A DNA stretch of 64,000 bases from a virus (Duplodnaviria > Caudoviricetes). This document shows, piece after piece, positions 44,413 through 54,938 of the stretch (its first letter is position 1; the number at the start of each line of letters is the position of its first letter). A program made the translations under genes and the position numbers. Location: positions 14,632-78,631 of IMG/VR virus record IMGVR_UViG_2663763243_000005; one strand, written 5' to 3'. The notes below the pieces were generated by a model. That model had not been told where the DNA came from and made no database searches. It saw only the letters and a list, made by a program, of their open reading frames with translations.

Positions 44413-45492
44413 TTACTGATTATACCCGGTTCTGCGCATCAATGGATACCAGCAATCCAGTGCCCAGTTTGGGATCCCATCGCGCTCATATCTTCCCCAC
44501 CAGAAAGCTAATGGAGTATTATTTGGACAATTTCGATAAGTGAAAATGGTTCCACCGAACCCTAGTCCAGGGAATGTTGAAAAGCCGAGAGGTTTGAGAA
44601 TCGGAGCGGGATTTTGACTTTGCTGAAGTATATAAAAACCAGCCTTTGTCAGTGCATATTCAAAACGATAGCGATCAGCCATCTTGAGGAATATGTCGTT
44701 TGGCCTAAAATGGGTCCTTTCAGTGCCTTTGCGCGATGTATAGATCGCCGGATGTTGGATCCAGTCTGGTAGGTCAATACCATTACTACGTAACCAGAAA
44801 ACTTCAGAAGATGAGGAATAACTAAGGCGATTTTCGCGCGTTTTGATGAATCCGTTTTTTTTGATAATAAGTCTGATATTTCGCCCTTGAAACCTTTCCG
44901 CAAGAGTTGTCTCTAGCATATAAGTTGCATATCTATGAGTCCCTAGGAACCACACGCGGATAGTCACATTACTTAGGTTAAAGTGTTCTACAAACCAAGT
45001 AATATCGCTAAAAGCCTTGTTCCCTGAAAAACAAACATCGTCGAAGTAAATGAATTTATTGAATTGTGCAACTCTTTTGTTTTTGGAATTTCTTGATAAG
45101 GTAACTATACCTAATCCTTCGAATCCCTCTGCTTGGGTTTCTAAAAGTTCCAGTAAATTAATCTGACTAGTCCCACGATTTGTTTCTTGTATATTAAGGA
45201 ATGCTGATTCGTGGATAATAGGTCTATTATTCTCACTCCTGAGAATATCATTAATTTTTTCTACATAATCATTTTTGTTGATATATGCATTTCGAAGTAA
45301 CGCCAGCGTTTGCTCAAGAATGAAAAGTTTGTCTCTTTCCTCAAATTGCTCAATCCAGCGACCTACATGTACTGAGTTCATCCCCTGCCGAGGGGCAAGT
45401 TCATAGCCCACAAGAATTTCTGCAATTTGTTCTTGTATAGCATTTTTTTGTTCGGATTCATTATTGTCCATAGGATTTTCACACATAATCAC
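44413..45492 (-). CDS. Phosphoribosyltransferase-like protein (PRTase-CE type)
   Basis: PRPP-loop FIYFDDVCFSGNK; N-terminal RWIEQF; C-terminal PLGF...G....F.YRNCPNNTP..FW. Confidence 0.8.
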   Translation of the reverse strand: MIMCENPMDNNESEQKNAIQEQIAEILVGYELAPRQGMNSVHVGRWIEQFEERDKLFILEQTLALLRNAYINKNDYVEKINDILRSENNRPIIHESAFLNIQETNRGTSQINLLELLETQAEGFEGLGIVTLSRNSKNKRVAQFNKFIYFDDVCFSGNKAFSDITWFVEHFNLSNVTIRVWFLGTHRYATYMLETTLAERFQGRNIRLIIKKNGFIKTRENRLSYSSSSEVFWLRSNGIDLPDWIQHPAIYTSRKGTERTHFRPNDIFLKMADRYRFEYALTKAGFYILQQSQNPAPILKPLGFSTFPGLGFGGTIFTYRNCPNNTPLAFWWGRYERDGIPNWALDCWYPLMRRTGYNQ

Positions 45493-45853
45493 TCCTTTTT
45501 ATACAGTCAACAAGACCAGTCCCAAAATTTTGTGAGTACACATGTGTAGTTTAATATAATGCTGTAGTATCACAATTTCATAATAACACATTGATTTATA
45601 TTCTTTTAAAGATCACTTTCACAAAAATGAATTTACGTGCATGTCTATCTGAATCAGAAGAATTATAGCGCCGCACTTAATGTAGATTTACCATTTTCTT
45701 AAGTACTCTTTTGGCACAGAGCCTTCTGTCAGATCTAATTACACTCAGGCGAGGCTGCAATCGAATTGGCAAGCCAAACCATCTATAACCATAACAAAAT
45801 CACTTTACCCAAAAGTTAATAAATCAGGGAGTCCTTCCAAACTCCCTTTCAAT

Positions 45854-48800
45854 TCACTTATTAAAGTACGGATTCACCCTTTCCACCGCCTGCTTTACCA
45901 GTTTATTTCTGGTTGCCATCAACCGGTCAATTTTTTCTCTTTTCTGATCCGCTGTTAGTATCCGGTCCCGCCTCATCATTTCAATCTGGGCATTCAGTGC
46001 TTTCACTTGCTTTTGCGTCGCTGTTAGCCCCTGACGCTGCGATAATTTCCCTCTATTTTCCTCTATCAATTCATTAGCATCATCGCCACGCCCCTGCTTA
46101 CGGAAGCTGTTAATAGTGCTGTTGATCTGGTTGGCTTCGGTCATCATGCGGTAAAAATCTTCAGTGAACTGGGTAGACTTGGCCGGATCTGAACCTCTGA
46201 AGAATGATTTAATCACCGGTAACTCATCCAACCGCATGGCCGGGGTTTCGCCGTAGTCTTTCAGGTTACGCATCAGAAGATTGGTCGCCCCCATCACATA
46301 GCCGCCCAAGCTGCCGGTGTAACCCATCACAATATGATCCAGCATCTTCGGTGACATATTGGTCGCCTCACCTATTTCACGCATTAATAGGCTGGTCTGG
46401 TCATTATAACGGGCCCCGGCCATCAAATTGCTGTCGGCCATGTTCTCAATCGGCCCACCTTTGAAGAAATCATAGTTAACATAAGCCTCGGCAATCGGCA
46501 TCGCGACTTGTGGGATAGGGTTGAATGCCATCGTTTCCATAAAGTTATGTGCCACCAGCTTGCCAAATTTAGCCCCGGTATCTTTACCGCCCAGCGCGCG
46601 GACAAACCGCTCAGGTAAAGTGCCAAATATCGCGCCAAACTCGAACGGTTTTGGAAAGCGGATATGCTGATCACCAATCCACGCATGCCAATAGGTGTCT
46701 TTATCCCAGTCTTGTAGCTCTTCATAACGTTTGTCGTCCCAATTCAGCGCCATCAGTGCCAGCGAGGCGGCGGTGATCATGCCGCCGCGTTTCAGCACTT
46801 CGCGCGGATTCTCTTTGATAGCTCGGCCTAATTTACTCAGCCCCTGCATCCGGGCGTTGAAGAACGGCAGCATATCACTCAGGTTTATCATGATATTACT
46901 GGCCCCCATCATGCTGAAATCCATCAAGTCACGCGACTCAAATGCTGCCTGCGCCTTACTTTTCCCTGATTTAATGGCGGATTCATATGTGGCCAGTCGG
47001 TTGGCGTTTTCTGCTGCTTCACTGAGATTTTTATATTTATGCAAACCCTGTTCAATCTTGCCCATCACCTCTTTGCTGTTGCGGGCGATTGAGGACTCAA
47101 ATTCTAGTATCTGACTATCGTTGTAACCTTTACGCCGTAGAACACTACGAATGGTTTTAGCAGTCGATGCCGGATCATAAACATTCGAATAACCACCACC
47201 AAAAGTGGCACCGGCAAACATCATATCCACCAGGCTATCATCAGTGCGTAATGCTTTTTTAAATCCGGCCCATGAAGCGATAACCGGCTTAAAACCATCT
47301 TTGTTAATGGCCCATGAATGAATAGAGTCACGCATAAAGTTACGGATGATAAAATCAGGCATTGATGTGGTGCTGACGGTCAGTACCTTTTTAGCCTGGC
47401 GGGCCGCTTTCATAAAGGTGGAATTACTGCGCTCAAGGTCAATCATGGTAAAGGCGCGATACAGTTCAGGATCATTAACCTGTACCAGTTTTTCCTGCCC
47501 ATCAACAAACACCTTCACCACATCTTTGCCGATGCGCTCAAAGTCCATCTTGTTCGGTGATTCAATCACCTCCAGCACACCAGTATCAGCAAGGTTCACC
47601 ACTGACCTGCGCATTGCTTCATTTTTCATCGAAGCATCGACCGATTTCGCCACGTAGTTAAACAGGTTTTCGATAGGATCCTTAATGGTCAAATCGCTGC
47701 CTTTTAACTTGCGCACGGTACTGCTCTGGTTAGCAATGCCTTTACTGGTCCACGGCCCCTTCACCTCACCATTTTCTGCTTCACGGTAATAGGGCAAGTA
47801 CCAGGCATCCTCCCACTGTGCGCGGCTTTCTGGATCAATCAATCCCATATCCTGTTGCAGATCCAGAATCGACTTAATAAAGGCATCATACTTTTTCTTT
47901 TGACCTTCGAATAAAGCCTCATTACCCCGGTTGAGGGTTTTCATATAAGCAATTTCGTCAGCATTAAAGTTGTTCTCTTTGCCCTCTTTCATCAGTCGTT
48001 CAGAGCGATGGCCGGCGATCCATTTAAAGAAGTTTTCCCGATGGTTTCCCAGTCCGTCGAGAATACCCATAAGAGCATCCTCTTTACCGGTACCGGATTG
48101 ACGCTCGATTATCCCTTCGGCTTTGTTATAGCGCGGCAAGCCATGCTCTAAAGTGGCAGCAGTAACAGAGCCTGCTCCGGCAGCCATACGCGCTCCAATG
48201 TAGGCAGAACTTCGTGCATCATTGATACCAGCGGCATCTTCGGCATACTTCAGCGGAGCCATGCCATCAAAGGTTTTAGTATTGAGTTTACGGCCGGTTT
48301 CTTTTAGCCAGGCTTTCAGTTCCGTTTTATCTTTGCTGGTCACGGTGCCGTAGAAAGTCTTGGCCTTATCAAACCACCCCTGCTCAACGTTAAAGCCCAT
48401 TTTGCGGTTGGTTTCAGCATCCATTGATGGGTTAGCAGTGCGGGAGTAAAGTGCCTTATTCTTGCGAATATCGGTCGATGAGAGTATATTTTCAACTGAA
48501 TCTTGATTTGGTGAACCGCGTTTGAGCAATTGAAGCTCTTGGGCCGTACCAGATTGGGATTCTGAACCCTGATAAGTGTTCTCCTTGGGCAATTGGAGCC
48601 CAACAGAACGAAGCTTATCGGGGTTTTGTTTTTCTCGGCGGTATAACGCTAAACCAGCATCCTCCATACCTTGAACTTTCGCCATGCCCCCCACTGTGCC
48701 GTACACTGAAGCAACTCGATTAACTTCCAAGCGCCCACGTTTTGCATTCATATGAATAGCAGTAACCACCGGGTTTCCGTTTGCATCATGAGCCTCCAGA

Positions 48801-51800
48801 AGAGCAACTATTGCGTTATCCTGTGTTGCTGAGCGATATACTGCTAACGGGTCATGCATCAGCTCAGGAAGCTGCTCAATGACCTCAGTCGGTACGTTGT
48901 GTTTTATTCCATTGGTCGCTTTACGTACCGTATCACGAGAAATTACCATCTCCACATTGGGAGCGCCAAGCGCACGGAGTACCGGCGGTGTTCTGCCTAT
49001 TGAAACCGTTATGTCATCGGACCGTAACGAACGCATCGCTTTATCAAGCTCAGATCTATATTGTTCGGATTCCACTGGTAATGGCTTGAGTGGGTCCACA
49101 TCATCATGTTTCGAATACAGTGCGTCTGACCGAGAGAAAGTATTATCGAACTCCCGCGTTCCCGGCTGTTCACCATCATACATAGCCGTCTTTTTGAAGC
49201 GCCCGGCGACCGTGCGCAGAATATTACGTATTTCCGTTGGGGAAATGTCATTCGCATTCATGATGCCCGTTTTCTTCAATCCATTGATCAGCACAGAAAC
49301 AAAACGGTTCCACATCGCCCCAAGACCGCTGAGTTCTGAGCGCTCCGCCATGTGGGCTAAGAATTCATTAGCCTGCATTTCAGGGGACTCATTGCGGTAT
49401 GATTTATCGACTTCCCGCCAAACATCCTGAATTTCTTTATTTTTGCTGTCGCGAGTCTGATGTAATACGCGCATGATACGGTCGTATTCCACATCACCAA
49501 TGACTGAAGCCAGCCCGTGGTGCGCCAAGACCTCATGACGTAATTTCGCCCGAAGCTCGCGGTCGGAAGTAATGTTATCCGCCACCACAATCACCCGGCT
49601 GAGTTCCGGCTGATAAATAGCATGGACAATGCCGAATTCTTTCGGGATCCCGCTCGGCATCATGGCAGCCGCTTCAGCTTGGGTTTGCACTACCTTAACT
49701 TTGATTTTGGCTGCGCCATTCAAATTGCGCACCCAGACATCAGCGATAACTTGGGCCCGCCCTTGCCGTATTCCCTGAGTGGGTTTGTCGCCAGCGGCGG
49801 TATGACCGGTATCTGAAATCACATTGCCTTTGCCAATGTCAGTACCCTTACGCGAATAGAAAGCGATACCTTTATCGGTTGGCTTGGTTTTGAGGGTTTG
49901 GAATAGGTGATCAAATGCCTGGCGCACGCCGCCATTTAATTCAGCTTCGGTTGGATAAGCATAGGTTTTAGGATTTGCGTGTTCGTCAGCTTTGCGCAGG
50001 TTAACCAGATAATCGTTAGTGATACCTTTACTCTCGGCTTTATCCAGCAGATAGCGTTCAAATGCTCGCGCTGACATTTCCAGTTTAGTTGTCCAATATG
50101 CTTTGCTTCGCCCACTGTCCAGTATTGCCGCCCGTTCCCTCATTCCACTATTAGTGACTTTCATGACTGCGCTCTTAAAGGCGTCATATACCTCTTGCCT
50201 GACCGGATGAGTAATCTCTTGCCTTTTACCACTGCTAAGCTCATAACGAGGTCGTATACGATCGGTAATAAATTCAGATGAACGCTTACCGGACGACTCG
50301 CCATGGACATCATAGGTACCAAAATAGTTATCCAGTGCATGGAACCACTCATGTGCAAGTGAGCCTGCGCCATTACCTTTAGTTAGATTGATAACCACTT
50401 GCCCAGGCTCATAATGAGCTTTGGCCCCCGCCTTACCTCGCGCGCCAAATGCCAAGCCCAATTCGCCATTCAATGACAGCGATTTTGGCGGCACATTCAG
50501 TAATTCGGCCATATCAACCAACGAGTCATAAGCATCGTTTAATTCAGTTTGGCGGCGTGCTCCCTCAACATAGTTACCAAACTGAACACCTCGGAAGCCG
50601 AAGGCATCACTAAATTGTTCAGGCGTCACATTGCCCTTACGGCGCTCAATGCCGGTACGTGGCTCATTGGTCGCTTTGCGTTGTTCCTCCCGAGAGACTT
50701 TGCGTAATTTATCCAGTTTGGCTTCTATTTCTGCGCGGTTCTCTGCCAGATAAGCGCGTGCCTCATTGGGTGTTTTGAAGCCCGCTTTCAGCGGCAAAAT
50801 GCCCATGGCCCCTTTGTAGCCAATAAACACGCTCTTATCTGCCCGCCGGGTATAGATCTCTAACTTAGCCTGTCTAGGCGTTAACTGAGCCTGTTTAAGC
50901 GCGTCATCTCCTTTATCACTATTAATCTTGGTCTCAATAAATTCCTTGGCTTTGGGTAATAGCTCCGGCATTGAACCCGCTGAAATATCAGTTTTCATCC
51001 CTCCAGGGGTAACCAGCTCATATAGGGTTTTCCCACCGGGATAGCTCTTGCCATCAAAGTAAGTGTAATGGCCGGAACGAATTGAGTATTTTGACGCTTC
51101 GGCCATCTGCTCAGGCTTAAACTGCGAGATTAAGTCAATAGCATCTGCGGCAGATCGTAAGGAGGACTTACTGCGAAAAATGGTTTTTATATCATCAACA
51201 CTCGCATGGCTATTGATAATAGAACTCGCTAAATCACGAACCCCCTTAACCTGTTCAGCCCACTGATTAAGCTTATAAGGGGATCCCGGTTTGTTCGGGA
51301 TAAACGAGCGCAATGCTGCAAGTAATGCCAGTTTCTCTGGTTCAATGCCATTTTCATGCATTTTGCTGTAATCAGGGTGTGGGAAGAGTTTCGAAAGAGG
51401 CTGTTTCTTAATTTCTTCGATATCACGGTCGGCTTTCAGTGACTCGGCCAACTGGCCCCATTTATGCTTCGCCGCCCCCTTAAGTTCCTCACCAAAATCA
51501 TCAATTTTTACGTTACTGTTTTTGGCTGGCTGCTCACCAGATGCCACAACGCCCTCATTGGAGGGCGCTGTTTTCGTGTTAGCTGTTGTGGATTCCGGCG
51601 GCAGACGCACACCAAAGCCATCACCAACGGGTTCAATCACCGCCCCCGGTATCTTGGCCCACTTCGTGAATCTGGCTACTTTCTCATTGGGGAATGGCTT
51701 ACCGTGGTGCAATCTCAACTCACCTTGTGGACTTTCTGGCTCAATGTGACCTTCTTTGGTTGATGCAATACCGCTATCAGTTGATTTTGCAGGTAATCGC

Positions 51801-54037
51801 ACGCCAAAACCGTCGCCTACTGGCTCAATAACAGCACCTGGCATTTTTGCCCACTTAGTGAATCTGGCCACTTTCTCATTAGGGAATGGCTTGCCGTGAT
51901 GCAATCTCAACTCGCCAAGAGTTTCACCTTTTGCATAAGCTTCGGTACGTGCATCTATAGGGACACCACCAGCACGCTGACGCTGATCGGTAATCGCTGT
52001 TTCAGACTGTTCCCCCATAGCCTCAGTAAAGCGGCGCACATCTTTACGCTGCCCCCCGTCAAATTGTGGCGCTTGCCCAGATTGAACCTCATCCGGGTTA
52101 GTGGCTGGCCCATCAGCAAAGATGATGTTTTTATCCGTAATGGCCTGCGGATCCGTTTGCCCATCGTAGGTATGGGTTTCGCGCACCGCAGCTTGTTGCT
52201 CTGCCTGCTCTCTCGGCAAATACACTTGCCCTCGAGTCTGCTCTCCGGCAGTAAATTGCGGCGCGGCACCGGCTTGGGTTTCATCACCTTGAATTGGCCC
52301 CGGCATAGGGAAACCTTCGCCCGGATGAATATTACCGGGAGCTGGCAGGCGTGGCGTTCGCTGCGCCCGAATCTGGTCGGCTTGCTCAAGTATCGCTAAT
52401 TCATCAGGGGTAAAACCTTGCTCTCCTGATTCCATTTGCTGCTGAATAAGATCTTGTGCGGTCGGCTGTGCTTCTGGCTCTGCCAGTGAACGCTGAACAT
52501 CGCTATCATCAGCAAAGCCTTGCACCCGAGGATCCTGACGTAAATAAGCTGGGGTATCGCGGAAATCATCAATTTGAGAGTTGGGTACACCATTTTCACT
52601 CACTGAACTCCTCTGTACAGCCACTTCAGGGGAAGCCTGATTTTCTGCCTGCGGTGTAACCTCCTGCTGTTTGGAGGGATCGATATTTTCAGATACGGGT
52701 GAACCGTCAGCATTAACTGGGTTTTCTGATGTTGCTTCTGCTGCTGATCTGTGGCCGCGAATTCCACCGACAGTACCGGCTGCGCCACCAATAGCACCAC
52801 CTAGTACCATATTATTGACGCCAGTCTCTAGCACATCTTTCATTGGATCTATCTTCTGTCCCGCAGTATCGATCAATTGACGGTTTTGAAGATAACGTTG
52901 GGATGTGCCTTGTACTAACTCAGTCCCCCCTTCTGCAACCGTACCCGTTGCAAATCCTGACATGACACTTTTCGCAGCTCCCTTTTTGGTCAAAAGGTTA
53001 AGAATGGTGTGATCTCCAAGCGTCGATGCGGCAATATTTATCGCTAACATGCGTGGGTCAGCGGTAATACTCCCGGCAGCCTGCTCTGCAACTTGACTAC
53101 GTGCCAGTGTTAGTTTTTGAGTGTCAGATAACTCTTTATGCGCGGGATCACTATCTACCTGAGAAAATGCTTTCTGAAATGTCGGACTCGCAATGAGTTG
53201 TTCAAAAGGTATCGCGTTTATTTCATCACGTAATTCATTACCAGATGCACCCTGAGCAGAGCCAGCCATGATCCCAACATATCCTGTTTTCTGCGCGACC
53301 TGCCTCGCCTGAGATGCCGTCTCTCTTGCCGTCATTCTGGCTGCTTCTTCGGGTAATGTCTTGCTGAGTCGATTAAATACAGCCTGCTCTACTGCTCGTT
53401 CTGCTCCCTGAGCCCCCATCTTGGCAATCCAACCACCAGTGAGCATTTGTGCAATACTTGGAACCGCATTCATCATCCAGGTATCTTTATCAAACAAACC
53501 ACTACCGGCCTTCCAGTTACCTTGCTTATCTTTCTCTACAAATTTTAGTGCGGCTGCATCTCTAGCGCCTTCGCTATAGCTACTTTGGATTTCTTTTGAA
53601 ACTTCTCCAGTCAATGAACCCGCACTTTTTATGAACGCGGTACCCGTAGCAGATAGAGGATTTCCCGAATTTTCACGCATTACATTTAGCATTTCGGGAC
53701 TGACAGGGATATTAATTGCAGGCTCTCTCTCGCCATTACGATACTCCTCAGCCTTGCTTCCCAATTTTTGGACACCAGCATTAAATAACTGAGCACCACT
53801 ATGCACCAATTCGAAGGGGGCTGAGGCTATAGCAAGACCAACATCTTTTAAACCTATACTAGGGTCATTACTCTGCGGCGCTTTTGACTGTCGCCCAGCG
53901 GCTTCACGCGCGGCCCTAACGGCACCCCAGTCAAAACCGGTATTAGCATTCTCACCGGGCTGCTGGATATTGAGTGTTTCACGATTACTGTTATTGGTTT
54001 GCTCTTCTGGACGTTGTTGCTGCGGATCGTAGGTCAT
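45854..54037 (-). CDS. Giant polyvalent/ejection protein (LPD1-like, metallopeptidase-like, MuF-C-like, LPD38-like domains)
   Basis: 2727 aa; FGFRGVQFGN...GSLAHEWFHALD; RHEVLAHHGL; G.TPPVL; PFFNARMQG...RFPKPFE. Confidence 0.85.
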   Translation of the reverse strand: MTYDPQQQRPEEQTNNSNRETLNIQQPGENANTGFDWGAVRAAREAAGRQSKAPQSNDPSIGLKDVGLAIASAPFELVHSGAQLFNAGVQKLGSKAEEYRNGEREPAINIPVSPEMLNVMRENSGNPLSATGTAFIKSAGSLTGEVSKEIQSSYSEGARDAAALKFVEKDKQGNWKAGSGLFDKDTWMMNAVPSIAQMLTGGWIAKMGAQGAERAVEQAVFNRLSKTLPEEAARMTARETASQARQVAQKTGYVGIMAGSAQGASGNELRDEINAIPFEQLIASPTFQKAFSQVDSDPAHKELSDTQKLTLARSQVAEQAAGSITADPRMLAINIAASTLGDHTILNLLTKKGAAKSVMSGFATGTVAEGGTELVQGTSQRYLQNRQLIDTAGQKIDPMKDVLETGVNNMVLGGAIGGAAGTVGGIRGHRSAAEATSENPVNADGSPVSENIDPSKQQEVTPQAENQASPEVAVQRSSVSENGVPNSQIDDFRDTPAYLRQDPRVQGFADDSDVQRSLAEPEAQPTAQDLIQQQMESGEQGFTPDELAILEQADQIRAQRTPRLPAPGNIHPGEGFPMPGPIQGDETQAGAAPQFTAGEQTRGQVYLPREQAEQQAAVRETHTYDGQTDPQAITDKNIIFADGPATNPDEVQSGQAPQFDGGQRKDVRRFTEAMGEQSETAITDQRQRAGGVPIDARTEAYAKGETLGELRLHHGKPFPNEKVARFTKWAKMPGAVIEPVGDGFGVRLPAKSTDSGIASTKEGHIEPESPQGELRLHHGKPFPNEKVARFTKWAKIPGAVIEPVGDGFGVRLPPESTTANTKTAPSNEGVVASGEQPAKNSNVKIDDFGEELKGAAKHKWGQLAESLKADRDIEEIKKQPLSKLFPHPDYSKMHENGIEPEKLALLAALRSFIPNKPGSPYKLNQWAEQVKGVRDLASSIINSHASVDDIKTIFRSKSSLRSAADAIDLISQFKPEQMAEASKYSIRSGHYTYFDGKSYPGGKTLYELVTPGGMKTDISAGSMPELLPKAKEFIETKINSDKGDDALKQAQLTPRQAKLEIYTRRADKSVFIGYKGAMGILPLKAGFKTPNEARAYLAENRAEIEAKLDKLRKVSREEQRKATNEPRTGIERRKGNVTPEQFSDAFGFRGVQFGNYVEGARRQTELNDAYDSLVDMAELLNVPPKSLSLNGELGLAFGARGKAGAKAHYEPGQVVINLTKGNGAGSLAHEWFHALDNYFGTYDVHGESSGKRSSEFITDRIRPRYELSSGKRQEITHPVRQEVYDAFKSAVMKVTNSGMRERAAILDSGRSKAYWTTKLEMSARAFERYLLDKAESKGITNDYLVNLRKADEHANPKTYAYPTEAELNGGVRQAFDHLFQTLKTKPTDKGIAFYSRKGTDIGKGNVISDTGHTAAGDKPTQGIRQGRAQVIADVWVRNLNGAAKIKVKVVQTQAEAAAMMPSGIPKEFGIVHAIYQPELSRVIVVADNITSDRELRAKLRHEVLAHHGLASVIGDVEYDRIMRVLHQTRDSKNKEIQDVWREVDKSYRNESPEMQANEFLAHMAERSELSGLGAMWNRFVSVLINGLKKTGIMNANDISPTEIRNILRTVAGRFKKTAMYDGEQPGTREFDNTFSRSDALYSKHDDVDPLKPLPVESEQYRSELDKAMRSLRSDDITVSIGRTPPVLRALGAPNVEMVISRDTVRKATNGIKHNVPTEVIEQLPELMHDPLAVYRSATQDNAIVALLEAHDANGNPVVTAIHMNAKRGRLEVNRVASVYGTVGGMAKVQGMEDAGLALYRREKQNPDKLRSVGLQLPKENTYQGSESQSGTAQELQLLKRGSPNQDSVENILSSTDIRKNKALYSRTANPSMDAETNRKMGFNVEQGWFDKAKTFYGTVTSKDKTELKAWLKETGRKLNTKTFDGMAPLKYAEDAAGINDARSSAYIGARMAAGAGSVTAATLEHGLPRYNKAEGIIERQSGTGKEDALMGILDGLGNHRENFFKWIAGHRSERLMKEGKENNFNADEIAYMKTLNRGNEALFEGQKKKYDAFIKSILDLQQDMGLIDPESRAQWEDAWYLPYYREAENGEVKGPWTSKGIANQSSTVRKLKGSDLTIKDPIENLFNYVAKSVDASMKNEAMRRSVVNLADTGVLEVIESPNKMDFERIGKDVVKVFVDGQEKLVQVNDPELYRAFTMIDLERSNSTFMKAARQAKKVLTVSTTSMPDFIIRNFMRDSIHSWAINKDGFKPVIASWAGFKKALRTDDSLVDMMFAGATFGGGYSNVYDPASTAKTIRSVLRRKGYNDSQILEFESSIARNSKEVMGKIEQGLHKYKNLSEAAENANRLATYESAIKSGKSKAQAAFESRDLMDFSMMGASNIMINLSDMLPFFNARMQGLSKLGRAIKENPREVLKRGGMITAASLALMALNWDDKRYEELQDWDKDTYWHAWIGDQHIRFPKPFEFGAIFGTLPERFVRALGGKDTGAKFGKLVAHNFMETMAFNPIPQVAMPIAEAYVNYDFFKGGPIENMADSNLMAGARYNDQTSLLMREIGEATNMSPKMLDHIVMGYTGSLGGYVMGATNLLMRNLKDYGETPAMRLDELPVIKSFFRGSDPAKSTQFTEDFYRMMTEANQINSTINSFRKQGRGDDANELIEENRGKLSQRQGLTATQKQVKALNAQIEMMRRDRILTADQKREKIDRLMATRNKLVKQAVERVNPYFNK
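51599..51916 (-). repeat. 42-codon internal duplication in the giant protein
   Basis: 51599-51724 and 51791-51916 both encode GELRLHHGKPFPNEKVARFTKWAK(I/M)PGAVIEPVGDGFGVRLP. Confidence 0.95.
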
Positions 54038-54056
54038 TTAACAGACTCCAAATTTT

Positions 54057-54100
54057 AGGCATAAAAAAAGCCCCACTAAAAAGTGAGGCTTGGCATCTTT
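54057..54100 (-). terminator. Intrinsic terminator, copy 1 of an identical 44-bp repeat
   Basis: AAGCCTCAC-TTTTTA-GTGGGGCTT plus T-run on -; identical to 62056-62099. Confidence 0.8.
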
Positions 54101-54158
54101 CTGTAAACTATCTTAAAATCTTATTCTTTGGAAGTATCACTTACCCAAGAGCTAAATC

Positions 54159-54938
54159 ATGACTAAAGAAGAACAATATTATCGAGAAATATCGACAAAA
54201 CGCTTCAAAATCACATTTCATGAAAATGATAAAGCGAAAGTAAAATGTCCAATATGTTTAAAATCTGATGCGTATCTGTCTTGGGAGACCATGCAACTAG
54301 AAGAGACTCAAGAATCTGTCAAATATAGGAGTCATGAAGAGTGGGAACCAGATTGGCTAGAGTACGACTATTCGGCCACCTATGAATGTGTCGAATGCAA
54401 ACAAAGAATACGTTCGTTGGGAACTGCTGCTAACCGTTATCATGAAAATTATGACCCTCGTACTGGAGATCATTATATCGATGAGTATAAGGTCTTTAGC
54501 CCTCAGTTTTTCCTACCATCATTAGTCATATTCGAACCTACGCAGCAATGCCCTAAAGAGGTCAAAAAAGTTTTGTTTGACTCGTTTAAACTGGCCTTTT
54601 GTGATATCCCTTCGGCTGCAAATAAAGTCCGTGTTGCATTAGAAGTATTAATATCTTTAGAAATACCAGCGAATGAGCTAGTAAATAAAACCTTACATCA
54701 GAGAATCCCTCTCTTAGAAGCAAAGTATCCAACTATTGATGGAATTAAAGATATATCTCTTGCCATAAAATGGATTGGAAATGCTGGCAGTCATCAGCAA
54801 GATGGTGTTCCAGAGTTTGCATTAAAATTTGCGTATGAGGCATTTGAAGTTATTTTGAGAGAAATATATGAAACCAAAAAATCAACTATTGGCGAAATGT
54901 CTGGGTTAGTAAATACTTTGAAGGGAAAGTTTAACTGA
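54159..54938 (+). CDS. Zn-ribbon + DUF4145 (HEPN-like) protein, moron
   Basis: CPIC...CVEC; SAANKVRVALE...L.QRI...IKWIGNAGSH. Confidence 0.8.
   Translation: MTKEEQYYREISTKRFKITFHENDKAKVKCPICLKSDAYLSWETMQLEETQESVKYRSHEEWEPDWLEYDYSATYECVECKQRIRSLGTAANRYHENYDPRTGDHYIDEYKVFSPQFFLPSLVIFEPTQQCPKEVKKVLFDSFKLAFCDIPSAANKVRVALEVLISLEIPANELVNKTLHQRIPLLEAKYPTIDGIKDISLAIKWIGNAGSHQQDGVPEFALKFAYEAFEVILREIYETKKSTIGEMSGLVNTLKGKFN

Noticed and set aside
43799-45492. Calling the pair DarTG1 or ShosTA
   Set aside because: The partner is a PRTase, not a DarT ADP-ribosyltransferase, and no DprA-like gene is present
45705-45760. TTTTGGCACAGAGCCTTCTGTCAGAT, reminiscent of short repeats beside island cargo genes
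   Set aside because: Single degenerate copy, recalled from memory only; cannot be supported without a search
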